From Candidatus Wildermuthbacteria bacterium (GTDB taxonomy: Bacteria > Patescibacteriota > Minisyncoccia > Minisyncoccales > UBA10102): a stretch of DNA of 64,000 nucleotides. Positions within the stretch are counted from its first letter, which is position 1. Each line of letters starts with the position of its first letter. Shown here piece by piece: positions 46,035-55,552 of the stretch. Position numbers and translations under genes: made by a program. The stretch covers positions 10,608 through 74,607 of the forward strand of contig JACOZJ010000002.1 of assembly GCA_016181405.1 (NCBI GenBank), in the 5' to 3' direction. A model generated the notes under the pieces. It did no database searches and was not told the origin of the DNA. It worked only from the letters and a program-made list of their open reading frames with translations.

Positions 46035-46730
46035 TTATTTGTTCTGCGTATCGTATTTTAGTTTTGTTATGCGAAATTGGCTAAAATATCTTTCGGCTTT
46101 TTCTTCAGAGTCGTTTTCTCTCTCCACCAACTGGACCATGGTTTCGCTCACCACTTTCTTGAGCGGTATATCTCTTACCTTTTCAAACCCGCACCGTTGA
46201 TACAAAACGATAGCTCTTTCGTTATCAGAAAATACCCGCAACGTAAGAGCTTGAAGCCCCAAGGCAGTGAATGACCAGTTCAATAAACTCTTAAGCGCCA
46301 TGGTCATAATTCCCGGCATTGCATCTTGTTTTCCTCTCATGACGTTGTCAATCTCGCATGAACGGTCTTCAAAATCGAATCGGTAAAGACCTATGTGACC
46401 GAGCAAGGAATCGTCTAAAGCTTGAATCCAAAACAAGATCCGATCTTCAGCTTCAATCACTTGGGCTTGCACCCACTTCTTTGTCCCTTCTTCTGTAACT
46501 TTAAATTGTGAAGGGAACCATTGGGCGTTTGCTTCCCGCCATTCGGCAAGAAACTTCACCTCTTCTTCGGTAAAGTCTGCGGTCAATGGCACTAGATGAG
46601 CTACCACTTCCTCTTTGTTATAAATCGGAATCATCAGCTTGCTGCCCCTGTCAAACTTAAGAGCTCTCAACGTCGACAAAACCTTGCTGCGAAATTCTGT
46701 ATTTTCATTTGTCATCAAGGGCTTATCCAT
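46035..46730 (-). CDS. GNAT (RimJ/RimL-like) acetyltransferase
   Basis: GHIGL, LRVFSDNERAIVLYQRCGF. Confidence 0.85.
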   Translation of the reverse strand: MDKPLMTNENTEFRSKVLSTLRALKFDRGSKLMIPIYNKEEVVAHLVPLTADFTEEEVKFLAEWREANAQWFPSQFKVTEEGTKKWVQAQVIEAEDRILFWIQALDDSLLGHIGLYRFDFEDRSCEIDNVMRGKQDAMPGIMTMALKSLLNWSFTALGLQALTLRVFSDNERAIVLYQRCGFEKVRDIPLKKVVSETMVQLVERENDSEEKAERYFSQFRITKLKYDTQNK

Positions 46731-46838
46731 AGGAACTTTATATCATACAATATCCATCTTTTCTACTTGACATTTTCGATAAATAATGTATATTCTGCTT
46801 ACCGTAGCTGAGACTACGAACTCCATAGGAGGAAACCC

Positions 46839-47348
46839 ATGGACATCAATGGCGTTGATCTTTCAAAACTACCCCAGAGCGAGCTGAAGGTGCTCGCGGC
46901 ACGGGCCATACGGCTCGTGCAGAATCCCGAAAAGGGAATCGGCACAGAGCTCTTCGAGGCCTTGCTGAAGATCGTGCCTCAAGCCTGTGTCGAGACGGTG
47001 GTGGTGGATGACCTGAACCATCCCCACCGTATCTACCTCACGTGGCGGGAGGACGAGCATTACCGAGGTTGGCATTGCCCGGGCACCTACATTCGCCTCG
47101 GCGAGAGCTTCGAGGACGCCATCCGCCGCGTTCTCCAGCAAGAGATCAATGTGGAGCTCCGCAACTTTCGCTCCACAAAGATCCAGTACAGTCATGTAGA
47201 CTCCCGCGGCCACACCATCGGGACCGTCTGGCTTGTCCAGGCCGATGGAGAGCCGACCGGCGGGAAGTGGCTCCGCGTCAGCCAGCTCCCCGAGCCGACG
47301 CTCCCCCACCACGTCCAGTTCATCCAAGAGGTATTGAGCAAGCTATAG
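46839..47348 (+). CDS. NUDIX hydrolase (cassette)
   Basis: WHCPGTYIRLGESFEDAIRRVLQQE; TTGACA at 46767; SD AGGAGG. Confidence 0.85.
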   Translation: MDINGVDLSKLPQSELKVLAARAIRLVQNPEKGIGTELFEALLKIVPQACVETVVVDDLNHPHRIYLTWREDEHYRGWHCPGTYIRLGESFEDAIRRVLQQEINVELRNFRSTKIQYSHVDSRGHTIGTVWLVQADGEPTGGKWLRVSQLPEPTLPHHVQFIQEVLSKL

Positions 47349-47373
47349 CGCTCGCTCTCAATACTCCCATTGC

Positions 47374-47413
47374 ACCCACCGCGAGTTCTCCGGAGCTCTA
47401 GGTGGGTTTTCTT
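47374..47413. terminator. Interrupted hairpin terminator
   Basis: ACCCACC..GAGTTC-TCCG-GAGCTC..GGTGGGT-TTT. Confidence 0.7.
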
Positions 47414-47468
47414 ATATCTTAAAGTGCACTCCTTTTTTTATCTCTTCGAAAATCTTCTTTCATATGTT

Positions 47469-48224
47469 TCATAATACCCTTTGAATTTCAGCGACAATTG
47501 CCATATGGTCGCTTATCCCGTCTTGCAGGCGAACATTGGCACACTCATACTGTAGCGTAGTAAAAAGTCCATCAACCATTAACAATTTATTACGTACTTT
47601 TTCACCGTCGTGGTGTAAATTCGCATCAATGCTTGTGGCATAGTGCGCAGGAATATTGTCTTTATAGTATCTGGCTAATGTATCAAATGTCTCTCTGCCA
47701 CGAGGGGCATTGAAGTCGCCGACCAATACGGTTTCCGGGAATTTTTCAAGAGTACGCAAGAGACTGACCAAATCGTTTCTCTGCAAATCATCTGGCTCTC
47801 CATTTTGGGTCCATGTAAAATGTGTCGTTCCGACAACAAAGCTTTGGTCCCCTTTCTTGATGCTCGCGCACAAAAGCGGATGAGGATCGTCTCGAGAAAG
47901 ACCCTGGAACTCCCGCTGCTTTGCGGTTTCCTCGTCGCCCCGATAATATGGTCGCTGAACGCTTTGTATAGGCAGTCGAGAAAGTATTCCCACTCCATAC
48001 GGCGCAAAGGGCGGTTTTGTGTATTCACCTTTACCTATCAAACTCATCTGCGCGAACACGGCTTCCATTTCAAACTCCTTTGCGAATTCTTTTAAGTCCG
48101 CTTCACACACCTCCTGGAGGCACGCAATATCGGGTTTTTCTTTTTCCAAAAACGCCCGCACCAAACCGAGATGCTTCGCCAGCTCAATATTCACCGAAAT
48201 AAGTTTTATGCTATCTTTCTCCAT
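47469..48224 (-). CDS. Endonuclease/exonuclease/phosphatase family
   Basis: SVN, CLQEV, TH, GDFN, SDH. Confidence 0.9.
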   Translation of the reverse strand: MEKDSIKLISVNIELAKHLGLVRAFLEKEKPDIACLQEVCEADLKEFAKEFEMEAVFAQMSLIGKGEYTKPPFAPYGVGILSRLPIQSVQRPYYRGDEETAKQREFQGLSRDDPHPLLCASIKKGDQSFVVGTTHFTWTQNGEPDDLQRNDLVSLLRTLEKFPETVLVGDFNAPRGRETFDTLARYYKDNIPAHYATSIDANLHHDGEKVRNKLLMVDGLFTTLQYECANVRLQDGISDHMAIVAEIQRVL

Positions 48225-48225
48225 G

Positions 48226-49167
48226 TTACTTTTTATACCACTCAAAGGATTCGCGGATGCCTTGAGCAAATGTATACTTTTGCTGCCAGGCGAGCAAGCG
48301 CTTTGCCTTGCTCCAATCCAGATACTGTTTGGGGATTTCATTTTTTGCGGTGTTTAAGATATTATATGGGATTTTTACTTCCAGTATCTTTTCTATTTCC
48401 TGCACAACCTCAAACACGCTCAAGATATTGTCGCTTCCAAAATTAAACGCTTCCCCCTTGCTGTTCTCAATGTGCTGAGCAAGTTTTAGACATGCTTCTG
48501 CCACGTCTTTTGCATACACATACTCTCTGACCATTTTCCCGTCGCTCCGTATAACCAGCTCTTTATTCTTCAAAATAGCCTGAAAACAATCTGGAATAAT
48601 TCTTCCCCAATTACGGTCGCGCGGCCCAAACGTATTGCCGAATCTCGCAATAGTTACAGGCATTCCATACGTTTTAAAATAACTCTGGGCCGCCAGATCG
48701 CCGGCTGCCTTTGAAACTTCGTATGGGTGGTCTCCCCCGACCGGCATATCCTCTGTATAAGGCAGTATCTTCGATTTGCCGTATGCCTTATCTGAAGAAA
48801 CCACAACGATTGCTTCGATACCTTCTTGTGCTCTGCAGGCTTCCAACACATGCACAGTTCCCATAAAATTCACCTCGAGCGTTTCCAAAGGGTTTTCATA
48901 CGCGGTCTCCACAAGAGGCTGGGCAGCCAAATGAAAAACTGCCGAGGGCGCTTCCTTTTGGATTATGTCTCGTACCTCCTGTATATCTCTCACGTCTGCT
49001 TGATAAAATATGGCTTTGGAATTGAGGTTTTCCTTGCTCCCCGAAGACAAATTGTCCAGCACAACCACGCGGGCGCCCTCCTCAACAAGTCGATCCACCA
49101 CATGGCTGCCGATAAACCCGGCTCCTCCAGTAACCAAAACTGTTTTATCCTTGAGATTTATTTCCAT
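48226..49167 (-). CDS. rfbG: CDP-glucose 4,6-dehydratase-like NAD-dependent dehydratase
   Basis: TGGAGFIG, HLAAQPLV, SSDKAY, YEVSK; follows rfbF. Confidence 0.75.
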   Translation of the reverse strand: MEINLKDKTVLVTGGAGFIGSHVVDRLVEEGARVVVLDNLSSGSKENLNSKAIFYQADVRDIQEVRDIIQKEAPSAVFHLAAQPLVETAYENPLETLEVNFMGTVHVLEACRAQEGIEAIVVVSSDKAYGKSKILPYTEDMPVGGDHPYEVSKAAGDLAAQSYFKTYGMPVTIARFGNTFGPRDRNWGRIIPDCFQAILKNKELVIRSDGKMVREYVYAKDVAEACLKLAQHIENSKGEAFNFGSDNILSVFEVVQEIEKILEVKIPYNILNTAKNEIPKQYLDWSKAKRLLAWQQKYTFAQGIRESFEWYKK

Positions 49168-49958
49168 ACTTTCCATTTGGGATCTCTCTTCCACAACTCG
49201 TTTAACGCAAGAAAATCTTTATACGTATCCATGCCGTACCAGAAACCTTCATGCTTATACATCGCCAGTTCTTTTTGGGGGATAAGACGCACTAAAGCAT
49301 CTTCAATCATATCGCCTGGCTTCAAAAACTCGAAGAACCGCTTGTCAAATACCATAAACCCGCCATTTACATACTCATACAACATGGGTTTTTGATCGAG
49401 TTGAGTAATCATGCTGTCTGCGTCTGTATTGATAAGCCCCCACCTTGCAATTGGGTGAATGCCTGTGATAGTGGCAATTTTCCCATGATTCTTATGGAAC
49501 GCTACCAGCTTTTCAATATCAATGTCTGCCACACCGTCCCCGTAGGTTACCATAAACAAGTCGCTGTCTTTGAGATATTTTTGCAGCATCAATACGCGCT
49601 CTCCATGGGGCGTTTCCAAACCGGTTTCCCCGAAAATAATATGGAAATCTTCTTCCTCACGCTTTCCGTTATTCAAAAAATGGATCCTTCTATCTTCTCC
49701 AGTACTCATGGAAAAATCCTCCTCGTAATACCTTCTCTTCAAAAGGTAATCTCGTATAGAATCCCCTTTATACCCAAGCGCCAGCACAAAATCACGGAAT
49801 CCATAGTGAGCATATATTTTCATAATATGCCACAGAATGGGCCTCCCGCCTATTTCCACCATTGGCTTTGGCTTAAATTCGGTTTCTTCCTTGAGGCGCG
49901 TACCCATGCCTCCGCAAAGGATAACGACCGGAATAGTATTTTTTTGAGATGTTTCCAT
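49158..49958 (-). CDS. rfbF: Glucose-1-phosphate cytidylyltransferase
   Basis: LCGGMGTRL, PKPMVEIG, TYGDG, GFWYGMDT. Confidence 0.9.
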   Translation of the reverse strand: METSQKNTIPVVILCGGMGTRLKEETEFKPKPMVEIGGRPILWHIMKIYAHYGFRDFVLALGYKGDSIRDYLLKRRYYEEDFSMSTGEDRRIHFLNNGKREEEDFHIIFGETGLETPHGERVLMLQKYLKDSDLFMVTYGDGVADIDIEKLVAFHKNHGKIATITGIHPIARWGLINTDADSMITQLDQKPMLYEYVNGGFMVFDKRFFEFLKPGDMIEDALVRLIPQKELAMYKHEGFWYGMDTYKDFLALNELWKRDPKWKVWK

Positions 49959-49971
49959 AAATGGCGCCAGC

Positions 49972-50997
49972 TTATGCGTCTTGGCAAGCTTCCACGAACA
50001 GCCGCGCAAAATGTTCTTTGGTAAAAGGCTTATAGTGCTCCGACTCCAAGAAACGGCGACCGTTTTCTTTATATGTTTTTATTTCTTCTTGCGATAGCTG
50101 TTTCAAAAACTTCCGCAGCTCTTCGTAGTTTCTGAAATCTCGCATATCAATAAAGCAATTTTTCGGGATATATTCTTCAATATCGGGCGCCCCCAAATAC
50201 AGGGGAACTGTTCCTGCGTAGAAGCAATCAAATATTTTGTCGGTGATATACCCTGGAAGCTCGCAGTTTTCGACAGCAAACGCAAATGTATATTGGCTTA
50301 ATGTTTTGTACTTATCCTCCACCGAACCCTTATAGGTTTTTCGTATTGCATCTCCCGCGAACCAATACGGGAAAAGGGGGCGGGCATCCCATCCAAAGCC
50401 GTACAAATCTATGTCATGCGTTTTGCCAAAAAACAGAATCGCCCGAACTCGCTCTGTAAGCAGTTCTTTGTAGCGCGACAGGGAGTTTCGGTTTGAATTG
50501 ATAAGAGTAAGAAACGCGCGGTTTTCATTTTTCCAATATTCAGGGAACAAACTCTCGTGTGCTTGGGGAGTGTGAAAATATTGGGCTTTTGTGCCGGGAA
50601 TTTTCCATGTGAAGAAAGCTTTGTCGTATGCGCGCATGGCGCTCTTTGCGATATAGCGAATCTCGGGCATTACAGTGGGCGGCTCAAAATGAAATAATAT
50701 TCGCTTTTTGAATTTTGCGAGATCCACTCGAGGGTATTGAGGATTTCTTTTGCGCCAGTACCATTTCCGCAAGAAAAACTTGTGATCAAAAGAAACATAT
50801 ACGTCTTGCGCGCCTGCCTTTTTGCGATCCCAGAAATCAATTGTCTGTAGATTAATTCCCTGCTTTGCGCAGTATTCGCTCAAAAAGATAACTGGCTCGC
50901 GGCAGTTGTTTGTATTATATCTATCACTTCTTTCAAACAACACATTCTGCAGATGCACGTATGAGTTTGGATCAAGATATACGTTTTGCATACACAT
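49972..50997 (-). CDS. GT10 (alpha-1,3-fucosyltransferase-like) glycosyltransferase
   Basis: YTFAFAVEN..GYITDKIFD..GTVPLYLGA. Confidence 0.85.
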   Translation of the reverse strand: MCMQNVYLDPNSYVHLQNVLFERSDRYNTNNCREPVIFLSEYCAKQGINLQTIDFWDRKKAGAQDVYVSFDHKFFLRKWYWRKRNPQYPRVDLAKFKKRILFHFEPPTVMPEIRYIAKSAMRAYDKAFFTWKIPGTKAQYFHTPQAHESLFPEYWKNENRAFLTLINSNRNSLSRYKELLTERVRAILFFGKTHDIDLYGFGWDARPLFPYWFAGDAIRKTYKGSVEDKYKTLSQYTFAFAVENCELPGYITDKIFDCFYAGTVPLYLGAPDIEEYIPKNCFIDMRDFRNYEELRKFLKQLSQEEIKTYKENGRRFLESEHYKPFTKEHFARLFVEACQDA

Positions 50998-52276
50998 AAT
51001 TAACTAATTCTGAAGCGCTCCCAAAATCGAATGTTTCTGTGTTCTCTCCTTCTTTGCGATATGTTCCCTTTCCAATGTCATGTATTGTCTCATCGAGCCT
51101 CTCTTCCGTATCTATATATTCAATACCCTCAAAATCCTTGTAGCTATCCCCTAGAAATTCATTATCTAAGTTGAGCGACAGGATGATTTTTCCAGGGTAC
51201 TGTTTCTGCGCGGTAAAAAGAGTTGTGCTTGGCAGTGAGATGCCCACAATACATTGGCTCATTTCAATATATTTCTCGGCTGGCTCTACGGGGTTCACAA
51301 CTGCAACACTCGGCGAAATTCTCTCAAGCGATTCTTTAATTTGCGCAGCTTCTTTTTCCGTAGGATGAGGTTTAATAAAAATTTTCCAGTCTCCAAGACA
51401 GGCTGCAATACGCTTTACAATAGAAACCCTTCTTCCCCAAATATCCTGTTCTGAAATAAGAGAATGGTCTTGCTCTCGAAACCCGACCTTCTCGCCTGGC
51501 CACATGATTGTTAAGGTCTTTGAATCTTCTCGTGTTTTTCCGTAAACAGAATAGGCTTTTTCAAAAAATTTCCTTGTCCCTGTATGCTCTAAAGGATGCC
51601 CAAGCACAAAAATCTTTTCTGGCCTCACCCCATCTTTTACGCAGAGATCACGGTCTCTTTTTGAGAAAACTGCAGAATAATCTGCATCACGCTTTCCTGA
51701 GCTCTCTTCCCAGAATATAAAACTCACTTTGCCGACAAACGGCATTTCCCCTGCTGCAAGCGGCAACATCCAGTGATACAACGCATACCCAAGAAATTTT
51801 TTTGCTTTTGCTATAGGCATCTTTATCGAAAGCGGCAAAAAACTCGGCATTCTCGCGCAGGAGTTTTGGTACGCCCAAGGAAGAAGTCTCTTTTGCTCTG
51901 CCATTTTAAACCCAGGCTGCATGGCGAGTGTAACTGCACGTGCTCTTTTCGCCAGTCGAAGCAAATACATTTCGGCAGGCCATAAATCACTTGGGGCGAC
52001 AACAACATCTGGCTTATACCTGCTAACTGCTTTTGCAAGGATAGCGTGCAATCGGATGTTTTTCCGAATCACATTTTTTCCGAACGGCGATTCGAAAAAT
52101 ATGATATTCTCCAATCCGGGAAACAAACCTTTGTCCTGAAGCAAACTCTTCGTGTGCTCATCCATGCCATCAGCCAGCAGCACTACTTGATGTTCCTGGG
52201 CAATTTCATACAAATATCCAACAAAGGTAGACCGGAGAAGGCGCGGATTTGTGGATTGAAAAAGAACTTTCGCCAT
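50972..52276 (-). CDS. Polysaccharide biosynthesis protein, GT-B/sialyltransferase-like
   Basis: IKPHP and ST motifs; adjacent to gmhA/neuB. Confidence 0.55.
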   Translation of the reverse strand: MAKVLFQSTNPRLLRSTFVGYLYEIAQEHQVVLLADGMDEHTKSLLQDKGLFPGLENIIFFESPFGKNVIRKNIRLHAILAKAVSRYKPDVVVAPSDLWPAEMYLLRLAKRARAVTLAMQPGFKMAEQKRLLPWAYQNSCARMPSFLPLSIKMPIAKAKKFLGYALYHWMLPLAAGEMPFVGKVSFIFWEESSGKRDADYSAVFSKRDRDLCVKDGVRPEKIFVLGHPLEHTGTRKFFEKAYSVYGKTREDSKTLTIMWPGEKVGFREQDHSLISEQDIWGRRVSIVKRIAACLGDWKIFIKPHPTEKEAAQIKESLERISPSVAVVNPVEPAEKYIEMSQCIVGISLPSTTLFTAQKQYPGKIILSLNLDNEFLGDSYKDFEGIEYIDTEERLDETIHDIGKGTYRKEGENTETFDFGSASELVNYVYAKRIS

Positions 52277-52279
52277 ATC

Positions 52280-52846
52280 TTATTCAAACAGCGTACTTTC
52301 GATTAAATCCGATAGCGTATGAATAACAAGCGCATGCATTTCTTGAATGCGCGGAGTATCTTCTGCGGGAATATTAATCAGAAAATCGCACAGTTCCTTC
52401 ATACTTCCTCCCGACCTCCCTGTTAAGCCTACTACCTTGCAGCCAGCCTGCCTTGCGGCCTTTATTGCCTCCAACACATTCTCTGAATTGCCAGAAGTGC
52501 TTATCCCAAAGAAAACATCGCCTGGTCTGGCCAATGCTTCTACCTGCCTCGCGAACACATACTTAAATGCATAATCGTTTGAAATGGCAGTTATCGCCGA
52601 AGGATTTATGTCCAGCGCAATAACTGGCAGAGCTCTTCGTTCCTTTCTGAATCTTCCCACAAGTTCTGCTGCAAAGTGATGGGCATCTGCCACGGAGCCA
52701 CCGTTGCCCGCTACCAAAACCTTGTTCCCCGACCGTAAAGCTTCCACGCAAAGCACAGCCACGCCTTCAATGTCGGGCATCTCATTTACAAACTTACGTA
52801 CCGTATCAATATGGGCCTCTATGTGGCTTTTGATTATTTCTTTCAT
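52280..52846 (-). CDS. gmhA: Phosphoheptose isomerase
   Basis: GNGGS, ISND, STSGNS, RIQEMH. Confidence 0.92.
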   Translation of the reverse strand: MKEIIKSHIEAHIDTVRKFVNEMPDIEGVAVLCVEALRSGNKVLVAGNGGSVADAHHFAAELVGRFRKERRALPVIALDINPSAITAISNDYAFKYVFARQVEALARPGDVFFGISTSGNSENVLEAIKAARQAGCKVVGLTGRSGGSMKELCDFLINIPAEDTPRIQEMHALVIHTLSDLIESTLFE

Positions 52847-52849
52847 GAT

Positions 52850-53722
52850 TTATTTTACCCTCCGGAGTTTCTGCAGAATGGGAAGTTCGCTTTCGAATAC
52901 TCTTTTTTTGCCGTCTCCCAACCATATAGGGATAGATCTGATACTGCCAACCAGTCGTTCAATTCCCTGTGGCTCCAGAGAGGCTGCTTGATCCGACCCC
53001 CACATTGCACGATCCAGCGTAATATGTCGCTCCACCACACAAGCACCCAACACAGCTGCCACCAACGAAGAATACACTCCAACCTCATGGCCGCTGTACC
53101 CGATAGGGCAGGAAAATTGCTCTTTTAACCACGGGATTACCTTTAAATTCAACTCTTCGTCTGCCCCTGGATATGTGGAAGTGCAATGGAGAAGAATCAG
53201 ATCACCTTCACCCAAAACCTCCACGGCATGGCGAATTTGCTCCACTGTGCTCATGCCCGTGGAAAGGATAACCGGCTTTCCCTTGGATCGGACGTACCTT
53301 AAAAGGTTGTCATCCGTAAGGGAAGGCGATGCTATTTTATAACACGGAATATCAAACTTTGCAAGAAAATCAACACTCCCCTCATCCCACGGGGAAGCGA
53401 ACCACATAATGCCTTTTTCTTTGCAGTATCGGTCAATTTCCGTGTATTCTTTCTCGCCAAACTCGAGCCCGCGCTTTAAATCTCCATTTGTATTCCCAAA
53501 CACGCTTTCTCTCGGCCGCGCTAACTCTTCTGGCGTGTACACGACGTCTACAGTCCGCTTTTGGAACTTTACCGCGTCGCACCCCGCGCCCACTGCAACA
53601 TCAATAAGTTTTTTGGCGTTTTCCAAGCTGCCGTTATGGTTAATTCCAATTTCGGCGATCACAAACACTGGCTTGCCCTCTCCTATCGTTTTTCCTCCGA
53701 TTGTCACTTTTTTTCTTTCCAT
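52850..53722 (-). CDS. neuB: NeuB-family ulosonic acid synthase (no SAF domain)
   Basis: AEIGINHNG, VKFQKR, HCTSTYP, GYSGHE, ERHIT. Confidence 0.92.
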   Translation of the reverse strand: MERKKVTIGGKTIGEGKPVFVIAEIGINHNGSLENAKKLIDVAVGAGCDAVKFQKRTVDVVYTPEELARPRESVFGNTNGDLKRGLEFGEKEYTEIDRYCKEKGIMWFASPWDEGSVDFLAKFDIPCYKIASPSLTDDNLLRYVRSKGKPVILSTGMSTVEQIRHAVEVLGEGDLILLHCTSTYPGADEELNLKVIPWLKEQFSCPIGYSGHEVGVYSSLVAAVLGACVVERHITLDRAMWGSDQAASLEPQGIERLVGSIRSIPIWLGDGKKRVFESELPILQKLRRVK

Positions 53723-53735
53723 AGTTTTATTATTA

Positions 53736-54524
53736 TTACCAACACGTTCGACCTCCCTCTATTGCCAGAACTGATCCGGTCATATACGAAGAGGCATCTG
53801 ATAGCAAGAAGATAACCACGGCTTGATACTCGTCTTTATTTGCCATCCTTCCCATGGGAATAAGATTCGAAAGCCGTTTTACAAAATCTTCATCTTGCCC
53901 ATTCAATATCCCACCGGGGCACAATGCGTTCGCTCTAACACCTTTTTCTGCCCAATAAGTTGCCAAGTAGCGAGTTAATCCAATAAGTCCGTGCTTTACG
54001 ACCGAATACGTAACCGATTTTACCATTTGCTGCTCTTCCGGAAGCCCCTCTTTTCGATATATGCGTTGGTCCGGCGCAATCAAGCCAAGATCTGATGAGA
54101 TGTTTAGAATAACACCCCTACCCTGAGAAGCCATATATGAGCCGAAAACCTGACTGCACAGAAATGCTCCCTTAAGCCCGACATCCAAATCCTCCTGCCA
54201 AACTTTTTCTGGGAAATTTTCAAACCTAGTCCAGTTCTTTCCGGCTTGCGTACTTTCCACCTTGGGGTTGTTTGCTGCATTGTTGATAAGAGTATCAATA
54301 CGACCATATTTCTCAAGAATCTTTTCTCGCGTTTCCTCTAAAGTTTTCTTATCTGTAATGTCGACGAGAAAATCCGGTTCCCCGACGATATCCAAGGTAA
54401 CGGGTATGCCGCCCGCATCCCGAATGGCCTCTCTATGCCTTTGCCCCAAAAGACCAATTCCTCCAGTAATGAGGCACACGCGCCCTGAAAGATCAAATTT
54501 GTTCATTGTTTCTGTTTGTTTCAT
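53736..54524 (-). CDS. SDR oxidoreductase (PtmA/ElaC-like)
   Basis: TGG.GLLG, NNAA, YSVVK. Confidence 0.88.
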   Translation of the reverse strand: MKQTETMNKFDLSGRVCLITGGIGLLGQRHREAIRDAGGIPVTLDIVGEPDFLVDITDKKTLEETREKILEKYGRIDTLINNAANNPKVESTQAGKNWTRFENFPEKVWQEDLDVGLKGAFLCSQVFGSYMASQGRGVILNISSDLGLIAPDQRIYRKEGLPEEQQMVKSVTYSVVKHGLIGLTRYLATYWAEKGVRANALCPGGILNGQDEDFVKRLSNLIPMGRMANKDEYQAVVIFLLSDASSYMTGSVLAIEGGRTCW

Positions 54525-55552
54525 ACCTTTTTTGCAATTTGCCTTTTTATTGCGAACGCCACTTGCAGACTTTTTCTTGCTTCAGCGATATTGACGTTGG
54601 ACTCTTTGCGCACGTTAACACACTCAAAAAAGTGCAAAACCTCTGCTTCAAACAATTCTTTTCTGCTTGTCGAGTCGGTTTTTTCTTCCACCAATTCCCC
54701 TTCTTTCCCGTACAAGGCATATTTATTTTCCATACTATCCACAAACAATGTACTGTCTTCGAATTGAAACTCAAATTTGCGCACTTCTTTTGTCTGCGCG
54801 TAAGAAAGCCGAAGCGTAACAGGAAACGTCTTCCCCTTTTTGGGGTAATTCAAGATGGCGGCCACAGTATCTTCCACGTTCATTTTTAAGTTGCTCAATT
54901 TCCCCCCCACAGCAATAACCTTTTTGGGTAAACCAAGCAAATAACACATCAAATCAATCTCATGGATTAAACCAAGTACCACCCCGCCGCCCAAATCTTT
55001 TCTTGCTGCGTATCCTTTGGAATAATCTTCATATGTATGATGCGCAGGCAAAAACGTGTTCCAAGTAAAGGCTGCGCTTATAATCCTTTCTCTTTTGCCC
55101 CCTACAAGATCCTTTATTTTGGTAACCAGCGGGTTGAACCTGGTTTGAAATCCTACCATCGTAATCAGCTTTTTGCTCTTTACAATGCGCTCTAGCTCGC
55201 TCAATCCCTTTGTGGTGTGGCCCAGCGGCTTTTCAATAAACAAGTCGCTTCCCAAACGAGCAAATTCGAGCGCACTTGGGATATGCAGCGAGCTTGGATT
55301 GGTAACAAACACCGCATCTGGCCGCACCTTTTTTGCTTCTGTCCAAGATACTACGGGAGTCATGCCGTAATATTCGCTGATATCTGCAACTTTCTTTTCC
55401 TGCCCTTCTTGTATCACACGGTGCCTGTCTTCTAGCCGCACCAAACCAAAAAACTCAAGGTTGCCAGGAAGTTTTTTCTCTTTCTGAAGCTTCTGGATAT
55501 TTTGAAGGTGGCGCTGACCTATGGAACCCAAACCCAAAAATAGTATTTTCAT
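54521..55552 (-). CDS. Gfo/Idh/MocA oxidoreductase
   Basis: GLGSIGQRH, EKP, GGG. Confidence 0.88.
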   Translation of the reverse strand: MKILFLGLGSIGQRHLQNIQKLQKEKKLPGNLEFFGLVRLEDRHRVIQEGQEKKVADISEYYGMTPVVSWTEAKKVRPDAVFVTNPSSLHIPSALEFARLGSDLFIEKPLGHTTKGLSELERIVKSKKLITMVGFQTRFNPLVTKIKDLVGGKRERIISAAFTWNTFLPAHHTYEDYSKGYAARKDLGGGVVLGLIHEIDLMCYLLGLPKKVIAVGGKLSNLKMNVEDTVAAILNYPKKGKTFPVTLRLSYAQTKEVRKFEFQFEDSTLFVDSMENKYALYGKEGELVEEKTDSTSRKELFEAEVLHFFECVNVRKESNVNIAEARKSLQVAFAIKRQIAKKV

